The notes beneath the pieces are model-generated. The model ran no database searches, was not told the DNA's origin, and saw only the letters and a program-made list of their open reading frames with translations. The translations under genes were made by a program, and so were the position numbers. A DNA stretch of 64,000 nucleotides from Alkalispirochaeta sp. (lineage in GTDB: Bacteria; Spirochaetota; Spirochaetia; DSM-27196; Alkalispirochaetaceae), in NCBI GenBank assembly GCA_965601925.1, contig OZ271854.1, positions 4,544,001 to 4,608,000 on the forward strand. Direction: 5' to 3'. Shown here piece by piece: positions 9,716 to 20,143 of the stretch. Each line of letters begins with the position of its first letter. Position 1 is the first letter of the stretch.

Positions 9716-10144
9716 TTACGACTCGCCGAACTCTTTTACCAAGTCTATCGCGCCGTCGTAGTCGAGATCGCGCTCGTATCCCCGCACGCGCACACCGTCG
9801 TGCATGTGAATCCACAGATCAATACGACCGTCGAAGTTTGTATCGAGTTGCTCAGCGGAAAGCACACCGCCGCGATACATATAAAAGTCGTCCATGAGAC
9901 CGTCAAAGTTGAAGTCCATCGCCTCGTACGCCTTCTCGCCGAACTCGTCGAGCCTGAGTGCGTAGTCGACATTTCCATCCTGATTTGTGTCGCCGGTAAT
10001 CCAAGGCGCGTCATACCACTCGGTCTCGAAAACCGGAGTAAACGCTTCCTGAGATTCATCGGCGCGTTCGACCGTTTGCGCCGCTACAACCGCAAGAGCG
10101 GCGGTCAGCAACACCACGATCTGCACTATACGAAATCGTTTCAT
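9716..10144 (-). CDS. secreted acidic protein with four Dx[DN]xDG repeats
   Basis: signal peptide; DTNQDG, DFNFDG, DTNFDG, DLDYDG. Confidence 0.75.
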   Translation of the reverse strand: MKRFRIVQIVVLLTAALAVVAAQTVERADESQEAFTPVFETEWYDAPWITGDTNQDGNVDYALRLDEFGEKAYEAMDFNFDGLMDDFYMYRGGVLSAEQLDTNFDGRIDLWIHMHDGVRVRGYERDLDYDGAIDLVKEFGES

Positions 10145-10277
10145 CGATCCCCCTTCTGTCGCTATATCGGACGGAAGAGGGGCCTTCTTAATCCTGCCGC
10201 GATAGATCGAAAGGAGGAACGATCAGTGCGCAATATACACTGCGGGCGGCATTCGGGGCGGCCGACTGCACGTCGGC

Positions 10278-11408
10278 CTACAGATCCTTGAGAGGAATCG
10301 GATCGGGGTTGGCCTCTTCGCCTTGAACGGACGAGAACTCTCGCAACAGATCCTTGGCGCGTCCCGACAATCGGTTCGGTATGACCAACTGAAGCTTGAT
10401 GTACATATCGCCCCTGCGTCCGCTGGTTCCAAGGGGAATGCCCTCATTGCGGAGCCGAAGGACCTTTCCGTGTTGCGTCCCGGAGGGCACCTTCACTTTG
10501 ACACGTTTGCCGTCGAGGGTCGGAACTTGGATATCGGCGCCCAACGCAGCCTGGGTGACGCTAATGGGTAGCGCGCAATACACATCGTTTCCCTGCCGTT
10601 CAAAGTGGCGGTGGGGCGCAACGTGAATCACTACGTGCAGGTCGCCGCTTTCGCCGCCCTGGCGAGCCGCATCACCCTGGCGCGGGATGGTAATTCGCTG
10701 ACCGTGAGCGATACCGGGAGGGATCGTCACTTTGACGCGCTGCCGTTTCTTGACGACACCGCTTCCGCTACACGCCGAACAGGGACGGTCTATGATCGTC
10801 CCCTCTCCCTTACAGGTGGGACAGACCGATGCGACGGAGAAGAATCCGCTGCTGCGCCGCACCTGACCGGTGCCGCCGCAGGTCGGACACGTTTTGCGTC
10901 CGCTTCCCCGCTCGGCTCCCGACCCGCCGCACACTTCGCACGACGCTTCGCGCTCATAGGCGATCTCGGCCTTGGTGCCGAACGCGGCGTCGGTAAAGGA
11001 GATCTCCAGATCGTAGCGCAGATCCGATCCGCGGGCCACGCCGCCGCGACCACGTCCGCCTCTCCCCCGGGAGCCGCCCCCGCCGAAAAACGACTCGAAG
11101 ATGCCCGAGAAGTCTCCGAAGATATCTTCGAAGTCGCGGAACGCCGAGGAGAATCCCTGGGCACCCCCGGCCCCTCCCATGCCTTCGACTCCTGCGAATC
11201 CAAACTGATCGTAGGCGCGGCGCTTTTCCCCGTCGGCGAGCACTTCATAGGCTTCGGTAGCCTCCTTGAAGCGCTCCTCCGCCGCTTTGTCGTCGGGATT
11301 GCGGTCGGGATGATTTTGAACGGCGATCTTTCGATAGGCCTTTTTGATTTCATCTACCGAGGCGTCTCGGCCGACGCCGAGCACCTCATAGTAGTCTCTT
11401 TTGGCCAA
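10278..11408 (-). CDS. dnaJ: chaperone DnaJ
   Basis: J-domain HPD, G/F region, four CxxCxGxG repeats. Confidence 0.98.
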   Translation of the reverse strand: MAKRDYYEVLGVGRDASVDEIKKAYRKIAVQNHPDRNPDDKAAEERFKEATEAYEVLADGEKRRAYDQFGFAGVEGMGGAGGAQGFSSAFRDFEDIFGDFSGIFESFFGGGGSRGRGGRGRGGVARGSDLRYDLEISFTDAAFGTKAEIAYEREASCEVCGGSGAERGSGRKTCPTCGGTGQVRRSSGFFSVASVCPTCKGEGTIIDRPCSACSGSGVVKKRQRVKVTIPPGIAHGQRITIPRQGDAARQGGESGDLHVVIHVAPHRHFERQGNDVYCALPISVTQAALGADIQVPTLDGKRVKVKVPSGTQHGKVLRLRNEGIPLGTSGRRGDMYIKLQLVIPNRLSGRAKDLLREFSSVQGEEANPDPIPLKDL

Positions 11409-11425
11409 ACTATACCTATCCCGTA

Positions 11426-13369
11426 TTAGTTGGACTTGTCGTCGTCGACTACTTCGTAATCGACGTCTTCGACATTGTCGCCGTCGGTAGAAGCGGTTCC
11501 GCTCGTCGTACCCGTTCCGTTATCCGGCTCCGGGGTCGGCTCGCTCTGCTGTCCAGCCTGTTCGCTCTTATAGACCTCTTCGGCCAACTTGTAGGCGGCT
11601 TGCTTCAGCTCCTCGGTCTTGGCCTTTATCGCGTCGACGTCGTCGCCGTCCATAACTCCCCGCAAAGCCTCGACCGCCGCCTCGATATTCTTTTTATCGT
11701 CGTCGGAGATCTTGTCACCGTAATCGGCGAGACTCTTTTCGGTGGAATAGATTAGGCTGTCGGCCTCGTTGTGCGCCTCGATCTTGCTCTTGAGCTTCTT
11801 ATCCTGCTCCGCGTTGTCTTCGGCATCTTTGACCATCCGCTCGATCTCGTCCTCGGACAGTCCGCTGGACGATTCGATGCGGATCTTCTGCTCTTTGTTG
11901 GTCGCCGTATCTTTGGCCGACACATGAAGAATACCGTTGGCATCGATATCGAAGGTCACCTCGATTTGCGGAACGCCGCGGGGAGCCGGCGGAATGCCGA
12001 CCAGGTCGAATCTCCCGAGGGTACGATTTTGATTGGCCATCTCACGCTCGCCTTGGAGGACGTGGATCGATACCGCCGTCTGATTATCCGCGGCGGTTGA
12101 GAAGATCTGGCTCTTCTTGGTCGGAATCGTGGTGTTGCGCTCGATTAGCTTGGTGAACACACCGCCCAACGTCTCGATACCGAGAGAAAGGGGCGTTACG
12201 TCCAGAAGGATCATGTCCTTGACGTCGCCGCCGAGGATTCCACCCTGAATCGCCGCTCCCATCGCCACCACCTCGTCGGGGTTGACGCCCTTGTGAGGAT
12301 CCTTATCGAAGATCTCCTTCACGGCTCGCTGAACGGCGGGAATACGCGTTGATCCACCGACGAGAATAACTTCGTCGATCTCGCCCGCCTTGAGTCCGGA
12401 ATCCTTCAACGCCTGCAGACACGGTCCCTGGGTCCGCTTTACCAAGTCCGAGGTCATCTGCTCGAAGGTCGCGCGGTTGAGCGTGTACTGCATGTGCTTG
12501 GGCCCGCTGGAGTCGGCGGTGATGAACGGTAGGTTGATATCGGTGCTCTGAGTCGAGGAGAGCTCCTTCTTCGCCTTCTCCGCCGCCTCTTTAAGGCGTT
12601 GCAGCGCCATTCGATCCTTGCTCAGGTCGATACCCTGCTCGTTCTTGAACTGCTCGATGAGCCATTCGATGATTTTTTGGTCGAAGTCGTCTCCACCGAG
12701 GTGCGTGTCGCCGTTGGTGCTCTTTACCTCGAAGACGCCGTCGCCGAGCTCGAGAATAGATATATCGAAGGTACCGCCGCCGAGGTCGTACACCGCGATA
12801 CGCTCATCCTTGTTCTCGTTCCCGAATCCGTAGGCGAGCGCCGCGGCGGTCGGCTCATTGACGATACGTTTGACATCCAAACCGGCGATGCGCCCGGCGT
12901 CCTTGGTCGCCTGGCGTTGCGAGTCGTTGAAGTACGCCGGGACGGTGATAACCGCCTCGGTAATCTTCTCACCGAGATAGTCTTCGGCCGTCTCTCTCAT
13001 TTTCTGCAGAATTGCCGCCGATATCTCGGGCGGAGAATACTTCTTGTCGCTGATATCGATCCGCACCCCGTCGTTAGTGTCCTTTGCGACGTTATACGGA
13101 ACCATGCCGATCTCGTCGTTCACTTCACTGTAGCGACGCCCCATAAAGCGCTTGATTGAGAAAATCGTGTTCTCCGGGTTGGTCACCATTTGGTTCTTGG
13201 CCGGCTGCCCAACCAACCGCTCGACGTTGTCGCCCTTCTTTACGAAGGCTACCATTGAAGGTGTCGTGCGCTGTCCCTCGGCGTTTTGCAGAACCGCAGC
13301 CTCGCCGCTCTCGATGACGGCAACGCACGAGTTCGTAGTTCCGAGGTCAATTCCGATAATTTTTCCCAT
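11426..13369 (-). CDS. dnaK: chaperone DnaK
   Basis: [24 protein letters not shown]. Confidence 0.99.
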   Translation of the reverse strand: MGKIIGIDLGTTNSCVAVIESGEAAVLQNAEGQRTTPSMVAFVKKGDNVERLVGQPAKNQMVTNPENTIFSIKRFMGRRYSEVNDEIGMVPYNVAKDTNDGVRIDISDKKYSPPEISAAILQKMRETAEDYLGEKITEAVITVPAYFNDSQRQATKDAGRIAGLDVKRIVNEPTAAALAYGFGNENKDERIAVYDLGGGTFDISILELGDGVFEVKSTNGDTHLGGDDFDQKIIEWLIEQFKNEQGIDLSKDRMALQRLKEAAEKAKKELSSTQSTDINLPFITADSSGPKHMQYTLNRATFEQMTSDLVKRTQGPCLQALKDSGLKAGEIDEVILVGGSTRIPAVQRAVKEIFDKDPHKGVNPDEVVAMGAAIQGGILGGDVKDMILLDVTPLSLGIETLGGVFTKLIERNTTIPTKKSQIFSTAADNQTAVSIHVLQGEREMANQNRTLGRFDLVGIPPAPRGVPQIEVTFDIDANGILHVSAKDTATNKEQKIRIESSSGLSEDEIERMVKDAEDNAEQDKKLKSKIEAHNEADSLIYSTEKSLADYGDKISDDDKKNIEAAVEALRGVMDGDDVDAIKAKTEELKQAAYKLAEEVYKSEQAGQQSEPTPEPDNGTGTTSGTASTDGDNVEDVDYEVVDDDKSN

Positions 13370-13392
13370 GATATGTTTCTCCTCGCACTAAA

Positions 13393-14049
13393 TTAAGCGT
13401 TGGCCCCGGTCGGCATGGAAACCTTGACCTTGGCCGATCGCAGCACGCGGTCGTGGAGCATGTAGCCTTTTTGATAATCCTCAAGCACGAATGACTGCTC
13501 GTGATCGTCTCTCGGCTCCGTGGTAACGGCTTCGTGTTTTTGAGGATCGAACGTCTCCCCCTCGGAATCGAACCGTCTTAGCCCCCACTTACGTTCCAGC
13601 ATGCTGGTAAGCTGCTTCTCGATAAGCACGACGCCGTCATGAAACGCGTCGTAGTCTCTCGATTCGTCAGCCGATTTTATAGCTCTTTCAAAATCATCAA
13701 TGACGGAAGTCAAGTCAAGAAGGAGCTGCTGGTTGGCAAAGTTGACCGCGTCCTCCTTGTCTCGGGCCATACGTTTTCGATAATTCTCAAAATCGGCCTG
13801 TTTACGCAAATACTGATTTTTGAGCTCGCTGTTTTCCGCTTCCAGGCGAGTGATCGTCTCTTCAAGCTCGCCGATTCTCCGTTCCTCTTCGTCCGTATCG
13901 CGGCCCGTCGGCGACACCGTTTCGGCTGTCGACTCCGACAGAGATGCTTCTTGCTGTGTCTCTATTTCGGCGTCCGCCGTCGGACTATCGGAAGCGGAGA
14001 TCTCCTCGCCTTCAGCGCGTGCCGAGCGTAGATTCTCCTGCTCTGACAT
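13393..14049 (-). CDS. grpE: nucleotide exchange factor GrpE
   Basis: ADFENYRKR, FDPQKHEA, QKGYMLHDRVLRSAKVKV. Confidence 0.97.
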   Translation of the reverse strand: MSEQENLRSARAEGEEISASDSPTADAEIETQQEASLSESTAETVSPTGRDTDEEERRIGELEETITRLEAENSELKNQYLRKQADFENYRKRMARDKEDAVNFANQQLLLDLTSVIDDFERAIKSADESRDYDAFHDGVVLIEKQLTSMLERKWGLRRFDSEGETFDPQKHEAVTTEPRDDHEQSFVLEDYQKGYMLHDRVLRSAKVKVSMPTGANA

Positions 14050-14081
14050 ATGTTCCTCTGCTAATTCTTTGATTGAGCGAA

Positions 14082-14110
14082 AAAATACAATTACACGGAA
14101 AATTCGTCAA
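14082..14110 (-). promoter_or_regulatory. putative sigma70 promoter of grpE-dnaK-dnaJ
   Basis: TTGACG-17 bp-TATTTT, the same hexamers as upstream of tatD. Confidence 0.55.
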
Positions 14111-15342
14111 GCGCCGCCGCGGGAGCCCGGTACCTCCATTGCGTGGATCGGTCGCTTCGTCGCGTCGGGTAGATCGATGGGCAACGCGGGGAGTTCCACC
14201 TCGGGGAGCGTCAAATACCGTTCGGGAATCTCCCAAACCACCAGTCGAGGCGGTATCTCGCGTATGGTGTCGGAGCTCAGATAAGAGGCCATCGGCACGA
14301 AGGGCCCCGCCGCCTCTTCGGCGACATTCAGGACGTCGGCCGACAGCACGAATCGCAGCGCGTCCTCGAATCCCCATCGCGGATCGGCGCTGAAGCTGGT
14401 TCCCACGAGGGTTACGGGAATATCGGGTGTATCGAAGAGCCCCAACGCGTTACCACCCAGCGCCTCTACACGCAGGGGACGGTAGGTCTCCGGTCCCAGG
14501 CCGACGTTTGACGCAAATGCACCGAGGGGCACGAAGTTCATAAGGTCGCCGGCCAGGTTGGTCGGCTGATCCCACCGCAAAGTGTACTCGTCGGTGGCCA
14601 AAGTATCTACGAATCGCGAGGGAAATGAGACGGCCACGAGCTCACCGACCGCCTCCGCTGCAGCCACCGCACCCTCGGGCCGCCAGTGCGTATCCCGCCG
14701 AAAAAAACGATCGCCCTCCAACGCAGGTCGGCCGTCTACGACCGGTATTCCGCGGTGGCGAAATGCAGCGAGAGCCTGCTCGTACCGCGGGTGCGCGGCG
14801 AGTGATTGCGCGGAGCGTGACAGCGGCTCGGGATGTACCCGCGCCTTGGACGGTAGAAGGAGTACCACGATACGCGCGTCGTCATTCGCTACGTCTACCG
14901 CCTCGGCGACCCAATCGAGGCGTTTCTCCACGCGTTGGAGGTCTCGTTCGTCCCAACGCAACTCCTCCTCGGTGTAGAGCCACCCTTCCCGGCCGACGAC
15001 GACCTCGCCGGTGCCTTCGCGAAAGAGTTGGTATCGGAGAAGCGTTATCAAACGGAGCGCCGGCGTACGCAGGGGGTGGAGCTCCTCCAACGAGTCGTCG
15101 AAGCGCCCGGCGAGGTGTCCGCTTATCGCCGAACCACGGCTATCCGACGCGTCGTCGTCGCGTATATCGTCGAGTAGCGCGGTAACGGGCGTCAAAACGA
15201 GTCCGAACACCATCGTCACCAGGAGCGTGAGCGTCGGGATATCGCGTCGCCTGAGGCGGCGAAACGCGCTACGGATGGCGGGTCGAACGCGTTTGAGGAA
15301 TGAAGTATTTCCATCGGTCATATCGAAACCGGACACCTTCAC
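14107..15342 (-). CDS. algJ: AlgJ/AlgX-like SGNH-type O-acetyltransferase
   Basis: N-terminal TM, VVVGREGWLY, DTHW and GTSFS catalytic motifs, VVWEIPER. Confidence 0.85.
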   Translation of the reverse strand: MKVSGFDMTDGNTSFLKRVRPAIRSAFRRLRRRDIPTLTLLVTMVFGLVLTPVTALLDDIRDDDASDSRGSAISGHLAGRFDDSLEELHPLRTPALRLITLLRYQLFREGTGEVVVGREGWLYTEEELRWDERDLQRVEKRLDWVAEAVDVANDDARIVVLLLPSKARVHPEPLSRSAQSLAAHPRYEQALAAFRHRGIPVVDGRPALEGDRFFRRDTHWRPEGAVAAAEAVGELVAVSFPSRFVDTLATDEYTLRWDQPTNLAGDLMNFVPLGAFASNVGLGPETYRPLRVEALGGNALGLFDTPDIPVTLVGTSFSADPRWGFEDALRFVLSADVLNVAEEAAGPFVPMASYLSSDTIREIPPRLVVWEIPERYLTLPEVELPALPIDLPDATKRPIHAMEVPGSRGGA

Positions 15343-15352
15343 AAAGGATACC

Positions 15353-16810
15353 TCAGAACTGAAAATACAAAAACGGGGAGTACGAAGCCACTAAAAGTCT
15401 CGCCACGCACAGACAAAACGCTATTGCAAGGAGAATCGGGCGCCGATTACCGTTGGCGAACACGCGCGGCTCGACGACGATAAACCATATTCCGGCGATG
15501 AGTCCGACGAGCGACCCGATCTCTATTTGCCAGCGCAAAGTCTCCGGTAGTGCCATTCCCCCGAATCCGACCATGCTGCGCATCATCGTGAGCGCGGTGT
15601 CGAAGTCTTGTGCACGAAAAAAGACCCACCCGATCATCACTACTACCAAAGTGTATACACGGCGAATCGCCGGTGCACCCGCGACGGCCCTCCGAGGCGC
15701 GCCGAAGCGCTCCGGTGCGGCCGAGGTGCCGTACGCACTCGTCACCTCGCTCTCTGTCGCACGAACTCCAATGAGCCGTTCCACCACCAACCACGCCCCG
15801 TGCCACGCCCCCCATACAACGAAGGTCCACGCGGCTCCGTGCCACAGCCCACCGAGCAGCATGACGGTCAGCAGGTTGACGATCGTTCGGGCGAGACCGC
15901 GGCGGCTTCCTCCGAGGGGTATGTACAGGTAGTCGCGCAGCCAGTTTGACAAGGTGATATGCCACCTGCGCCAAAACTCGGTGATACTGGCGCTGCGATA
16001 GGGTTGTCGAAAATTCTCGGGGAACCGGAAGCCGATCATCGATCCTAAGCCGATGGCCATGTCGGAATACGCCGAGAAATCGAAATAGATCTGAATCGTA
16101 TAGGCCGCCAACCCGAGCCACGCGCCTATGAGGCCGGGACTCTCGGCGCCGAACACGGCGTCGACGATCGGAGCAACCGCATCGGCTATGAGCACTTTGC
16201 GCACCAAACCGAGTGCGAATCGTCCGGCGCCCTCGCGAAAGCCGTTCCACGAATGCGTGCGGCTACGAAGCTGTTCGGCAACCTCGCTGTAGCGTACGAT
16301 GGGGCCTGCGACGAGTTGAGGAAAGAGAGACACGTAGGCCGCGACATCGACGATGCCGCGCGCCTCCTCGGCGGTCCCGCGATACACGTCGATGAGATAG
16401 CTAATGATCTGAAACGTGAAGAACGAGATACCCACCGGCAGAATGACCTCCCACGCCCGTCCCAGTCCGGTGGACGGGATACCTGCGGCGAGAGAGAGCC
16501 GCATGAGTGCGTCGACGGCGAAGTTGAAGTACTTGAAATATCCCAGTACGAGAAGCGATAAGGTGACGCCGGCCGCCATCCAGATACGCTTTCGGCGCGC
16601 ATCCGGCGCGCGGGCTATTCTACGCCCGACAAATCCGGCGCCCAATGAGGAGATGATAAGCAGGAGCAGAAAATCGACGCGCCACCAGCCGTAAAACAAC
16701 CAGCTTGCGGCGAGTATCCACGCCGCGCGAAAGCGCTGGGGTAACAGATAGTATCCGCATAAGAAGAGCGGCAGGAAGAGAAACAGAAATGTGGGACTTG
16801 CAAATACCAC
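15353..16810 (-). CDS. algI: MBOAT family O-acyltransferase (AlgI/PatA-like)
   Basis: LPVGISFFTFQ, DFSAYSDMAIG, FWRRWHITLS, GLWHGA. Confidence 0.93.
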   Translation of the reverse strand: MVFASPTFLFLFLPLFLCGYYLLPQRFRAAWILAASWLFYGWWRVDFLLLLIISSLGAGFVGRRIARAPDARRKRIWMAAGVTLSLLVLGYFKYFNFAVDALMRLSLAAGIPSTGLGRAWEVILPVGISFFTFQIISYLIDVYRGTAEEARGIVDVAAYVSLFPQLVAGPIVRYSEVAEQLRSRTHSWNGFREGAGRFALGLVRKVLIADAVAPIVDAVFGAESPGLIGAWLGLAAYTIQIYFDFSAYSDMAIGLGSMIGFRFPENFRQPYRSASITEFWRRWHITLSNWLRDYLYIPLGGSRRGLARTIVNLLTVMLLGGLWHGAAWTFVVWGAWHGAWLVVERLIGVRATESEVTSAYGTSAAPERFGAPRRAVAGAPAIRRVYTLVVVMIGWVFFRAQDFDTALTMMRSMVGFGGMALPETLRWQIEIGSLVGLIAGIWFIVVEPRVFANGNRRPILLAIAFCLCVARLLVASYSPFLYFQF

Positions 16811-16822
16811 GTTGAAACGGCG

Positions 16823-17440
16823 TTACCGGCCGTCTACCCGGGCGGTATGAAGCGTCGCAAACGATTCGCCGACGAACACGGCGTAAGACGCTCCCCGATC
16901 CAAAACGACGCCGCGGCGTAACGCTTCGACACCGCCCCGCACGGCGGACAGCTCCACCTGAATGGCGTTGACGACGATCGCCGCGCTCTCCCAGGCGCCG
17001 ACGTTCGCGATGAGTTCGCCCGCCGGATCGACGGACGAGAGACTCGCCTCGACGGCCGAAAGGTTGTACAGCACGACTTGCGCCCTGGCGGGATCGCGGT
17101 GCGCTTCATCCTCAAAAATACGGATGTCGCCGCCGGGAAGCGTCACGATCGTGTGGAACGCTCCCGGCGCCGGGCTCAACTCCGCTCCGCGGCCCCGCGC
17201 ACCGATGAGATAGATTCCCGGCGCAACGGGTCGATACGGACCGGCCTCGCCGGGCGCGAGCGACTCGAACCGGACCGATCCCGCGTCAATGCGCGGCGAC
17301 GAATCGGTGTCGTCGAGATTCACCACGCGCACCAGGGCGGCATCTCCCGGGACACGCGGCGCATACAACCCGTCCTGCGCCGCCACCGCCGAGGCGATTG
17401 CGAGCAACATGATCGATAGACGAAGAGAGTATCGTTTCAT
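16823..17440 (-). CDS. algF: AlgF-like periplasmic O-acetylation accessory protein
   Basis: signal peptide, GLYAP...ALVRVVN, ARAQVVLYNLS; directly upstream of algI-algJ. Confidence 0.75.
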   Translation of the reverse strand: MKRYSLRLSIMLLAIASAVAAQDGLYAPRVPGDAALVRVVNLDDTDSSPRIDAGSVRFESLAPGEAGPYRPVAPGIYLIGARGRGAELSPAPGAFHTIVTLPGGDIRIFEDEAHRDPARAQVVLYNLSAVEASLSSVDPAGELIANVGAWESAAIVVNAIQVELSAVRGGVEALRRGVVLDRGASYAVFVGESFATLHTARVDGR

Positions 17441-17574
17441 TACCAATGAACATACGGAGTAATCGGGGGTATGTCACTACCAAGACCGGAATCGAGTATT
17501 TTCATACCGAGCGACGAAAGTCGGACAAACGTACTGTTGCCGTAACTACGACTCGCTCCATACATTGGTACGGG

Positions 17575-18828
17575 ATGCACTATTTCAGACTTCGACGCGG
17601 TAGACGCCGCTTCACACCTTCGATTGCGTTATGCGGCCTGCTTCTCATGCACCTCACCGTACCGCACATGGCATCCCAGCCGGTCGATGCCCGCATTCCG
17701 GAGAGCCGGATTCAGTCCGTCTCGGACGAGGGGCGGATGACCGCGTCGGAGGTAGATACCTTCATTGGAGCGCTCTTTTCCGGGCATGAGGCGCCGCGAG
17801 CCCGCTATGCGGTGGATGTGGCGGTTCTTCAGATGTACACGCGGTACCCCAACGGCCGGCTCATCCGTACGCGCGTTCAGGTTTTCGTTCCCGTGATGGA
17901 CGCCCCCGAGACGGTGTATCTCTTTGCACCCGGGTCGACCGGCCTCATCGGAGTATGCCGCGCATCTCGAGAGCACGAGGCGGGAATCGTCTGGGGACGC
18001 TATCGAGCCCACGTACTCGCCTTCGCCGGGCAGGGGTTCATCGGCATTCTCCCGGACTACATGGGTTTTGAAGACGACACCCTGGTTCAGCCCTATTTTC
18101 ACGCCGAGAGTGAGGCGCGAGTCATCTTCGACGCGCTGCACGCCGTCGACGAATGGATACGACCAAACCTACCTCGCGGGATCGCTCCGTTGCGACGCGT
18201 CGCCGCCGGATACTCTCAAGGGGGTCACGCAGTCCTGGCCGCCGCGGACCGCAATGCACTGTTGGGTGGAAGTCTCTATTTGCACGGCGTTATCGGCTAC
18301 GGCCCAACGGCTGAAATCGAGCCGATGCTGGAACTCTATCCCAGCCTGGGCCCGATGGTAATCATGTCGTACTACACGGTGTACGGCAGGCCGAGCGTCG
18401 ACCCTCACGATATACTTCTGCCGCGCTGGGCCGATGAGCTGGAGTACGACACGACCAGACAATGCGTCGGCGGGATTCAGCGGTACTATCCGTCGTCGCC
18501 GGACGCCCTCTTTGACCCGATCTTCTTGGAGTCGATGCGGAACGACCGCCTGAACCAAACGCATCCGGTGATCGCGCGCATTTTCGAGGCGAATCGCACC
18601 GGCTTGGCACGCCACGGCGTTCCGACGCTGATCCTCCAAGGCACCAACGATGTAGTCGTGTCCCGCACTACGCAGGATCGCTACGTCGAGGAACTTCGTC
18701 GTCGCGGCACGCCGGTCGATTACCGCATCTACCAGGGAGCGCGACACGATACACGCCAGATCTCCTTTCCCGATGTCGTCGCCTGGACACGCACGCTAAG
18801 ACCGGGCAGACCCGCGCCCCCTCGATAG
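17575..18828 (+). CDS. secreted alpha/beta hydrolase (LIP-type lipase/esterase), paralog 1
   Basis: PDYMGF, GYSQGG nucleophile elbow, QGTNDVVV, GARH; start chosen from signal-like N-terminus and promoter spacing. Confidence 0.85.
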   Translation: MHYFRLRRGRRRFTPSIALCGLLLMHLTVPHMASQPVDARIPESRIQSVSDEGRMTASEVDTFIGALFSGHEAPRARYAVDVAVLQMYTRYPNGRLIRTRVQVFVPVMDAPETVYLFAPGSTGLIGVCRASREHEAGIVWGRYRAHVLAFAGQGFIGILPDYMGFEDDTLVQPYFHAESEARVIFDALHAVDEWIRPNLPRGIAPLRRVAAGYSQGGHAVLAAADRNALLGGSLYLHGVIGYGPTAEIEPMLELYPSLGPMVIMSYYTVYGRPSVDPHDILLPRWADELEYDTTRQCVGGIQRYYPSSPDALFDPIFLESMRNDRLNQTHPVIARIFEANRTGLARHGVPTLILQGTNDVVVSRTTQDRYVEELRRRGTPVDYRIYQGARHDTRQISFPDVVAWTRTLRPGRPAPPR

Positions 18829-18919
18829 AGATCGAGCTTTTCCCGTTCATCTTCACCGCAATACTCTCGATGTGCCCTCTCGATAGACGAGGACGGCGCA
18901 ATATGATAAGCAGAGAACT

Positions 18920-20131
18920 ATGATGAAGCCGAACATATATATTCTACTCTGCGCATTATGTATCGCCGTCGCCGGGGTGACGGTCGCAGAGGAGATCGGG
19001 CCGACCGGCTCGATCGTTTCGATAGTCTTTCAGGAGAGCCTCACACCGCAGGAGATCGATGAGTCGTCGCGCCAACTCTTTGAAGACTTTGCGCGTCCCG
19101 ATGCGGTCTATCCGGTCGACGTGTTCGAGCTGCGGTTCTCAACCAGGGATGCGGACGGGTCGATCCTGACGGCGCTTTCGACGCTCTATATTCCGATCAC
19201 CGATAGCGTGACGAGCGCTCCCGTGTTGGCCTTCGGGTCGGGAACAACGGGAATCGGCGACCACTGCGCCCCGAACAGCGAACGGCCCGAGGAGATCAAG
19301 TGGGGTTGGTATCGCCAAAATATGCTCGCCTACGGTGCACAAGGCATTATCACGGTATTTCCCGATTATGTCGGCTTCAACGATCCGGCGATACCGCAAC
19401 GCTACTTCAGCAAAGCCGCCGAGGGGCACCTGATGCTCGATGCGTTGCGCGCGGTACGTCGCGTGTTTGAGGAGCGCTCCGATCTCATTCGCGGACGCGT
19501 GCAGCCCGGAGACGGCAACGTTACGGCGGGATACTCGCAAGGGGGGCACGCAGCCCTCGCGGCTTTGGACATGAACGAGTACTATGCGCCGGAGCTCAGA
19601 CTCGACGGCGCAATCGGATTCGGATCGACGAATAGCGTTGAGAAACTCATGCAGGAGGCGGCCTTCTACAGCGCCAGCATCATCTACACCTACCAGCAGA
19701 TATACGGGACGGCAATGGTCAATCCGGCGCGCATCTTCCAACCTCAGTGGCTCGCCACGTTGGAAGAAAACGTACTCGCCATGTGCGTCCAGGACTTCCA
19801 AGCGCACTACCCGTTCGACGGCCAACCCTTCTATACCGAGGAGTTTTACAACGCCCTTCACGAGGGGCGTCTCGCTGAGGAGTTCCCGCGCCTGAAAGAG
19901 GTGCTTGACGAGAACGTAAGCGGCCTGAACGGCCACGGCAAACCGGTACTCATGGTTCAAGGTAACCAGGACGTCGTCGTTACCAACCCGGCGCAGCGTG
20001 AGTTTGCCGATCGGCTTCGCGAGGCCGGCAGCGAGGTCGAACTGATAGAAATGGAGGGTGTGCGCCACCGACACACACGTCCGGCCGGCTTTGCGCGCTC
20101 GGTGGAGTTCATCTTCGAGGTCTCCCTGTAG
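18920..20131 (+). CDS. secreted alpha/beta hydrolase (LIP-type lipase/esterase), paralog 2
   Basis: signal peptide, PDYVGF, GYSQGG, QGNQDVVV, GVRH. Confidence 0.88.
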   Translation: MMKPNIYILLCALCIAVAGVTVAEEIGPTGSIVSIVFQESLTPQEIDESSRQLFEDFARPDAVYPVDVFELRFSTRDADGSILTALSTLYIPITDSVTSAPVLAFGSGTTGIGDHCAPNSERPEEIKWGWYRQNMLAYGAQGIITVFPDYVGFNDPAIPQRYFSKAAEGHLMLDALRAVRRVFEERSDLIRGRVQPGDGNVTAGYSQGGHAALAALDMNEYYAPELRLDGAIGFGSTNSVEKLMQEAAFYSASIIYTYQQIYGTAMVNPARIFQPQWLATLEENVLAMCVQDFQAHYPFDGQPFYTEEFYNALHEGRLAEEFPRLKEVLDENVSGLNGHGKPVLMVQGNQDVVVTNPAQREFADRLREAGSEVELIEMEGVRHRHTRPAGFARSVEFIFEVSL

Positions 20132-20143
20132 GGAGACCCGCGA

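Noticed and set aside
14050..14110. CIRCE/HrcA operator upstream of grpE
   Set aside because: Only a TTAGCA fragment is present; there is no TTAGCACTC-N9-GAGTGCTAA inverted repeat and no hrcA in the window.
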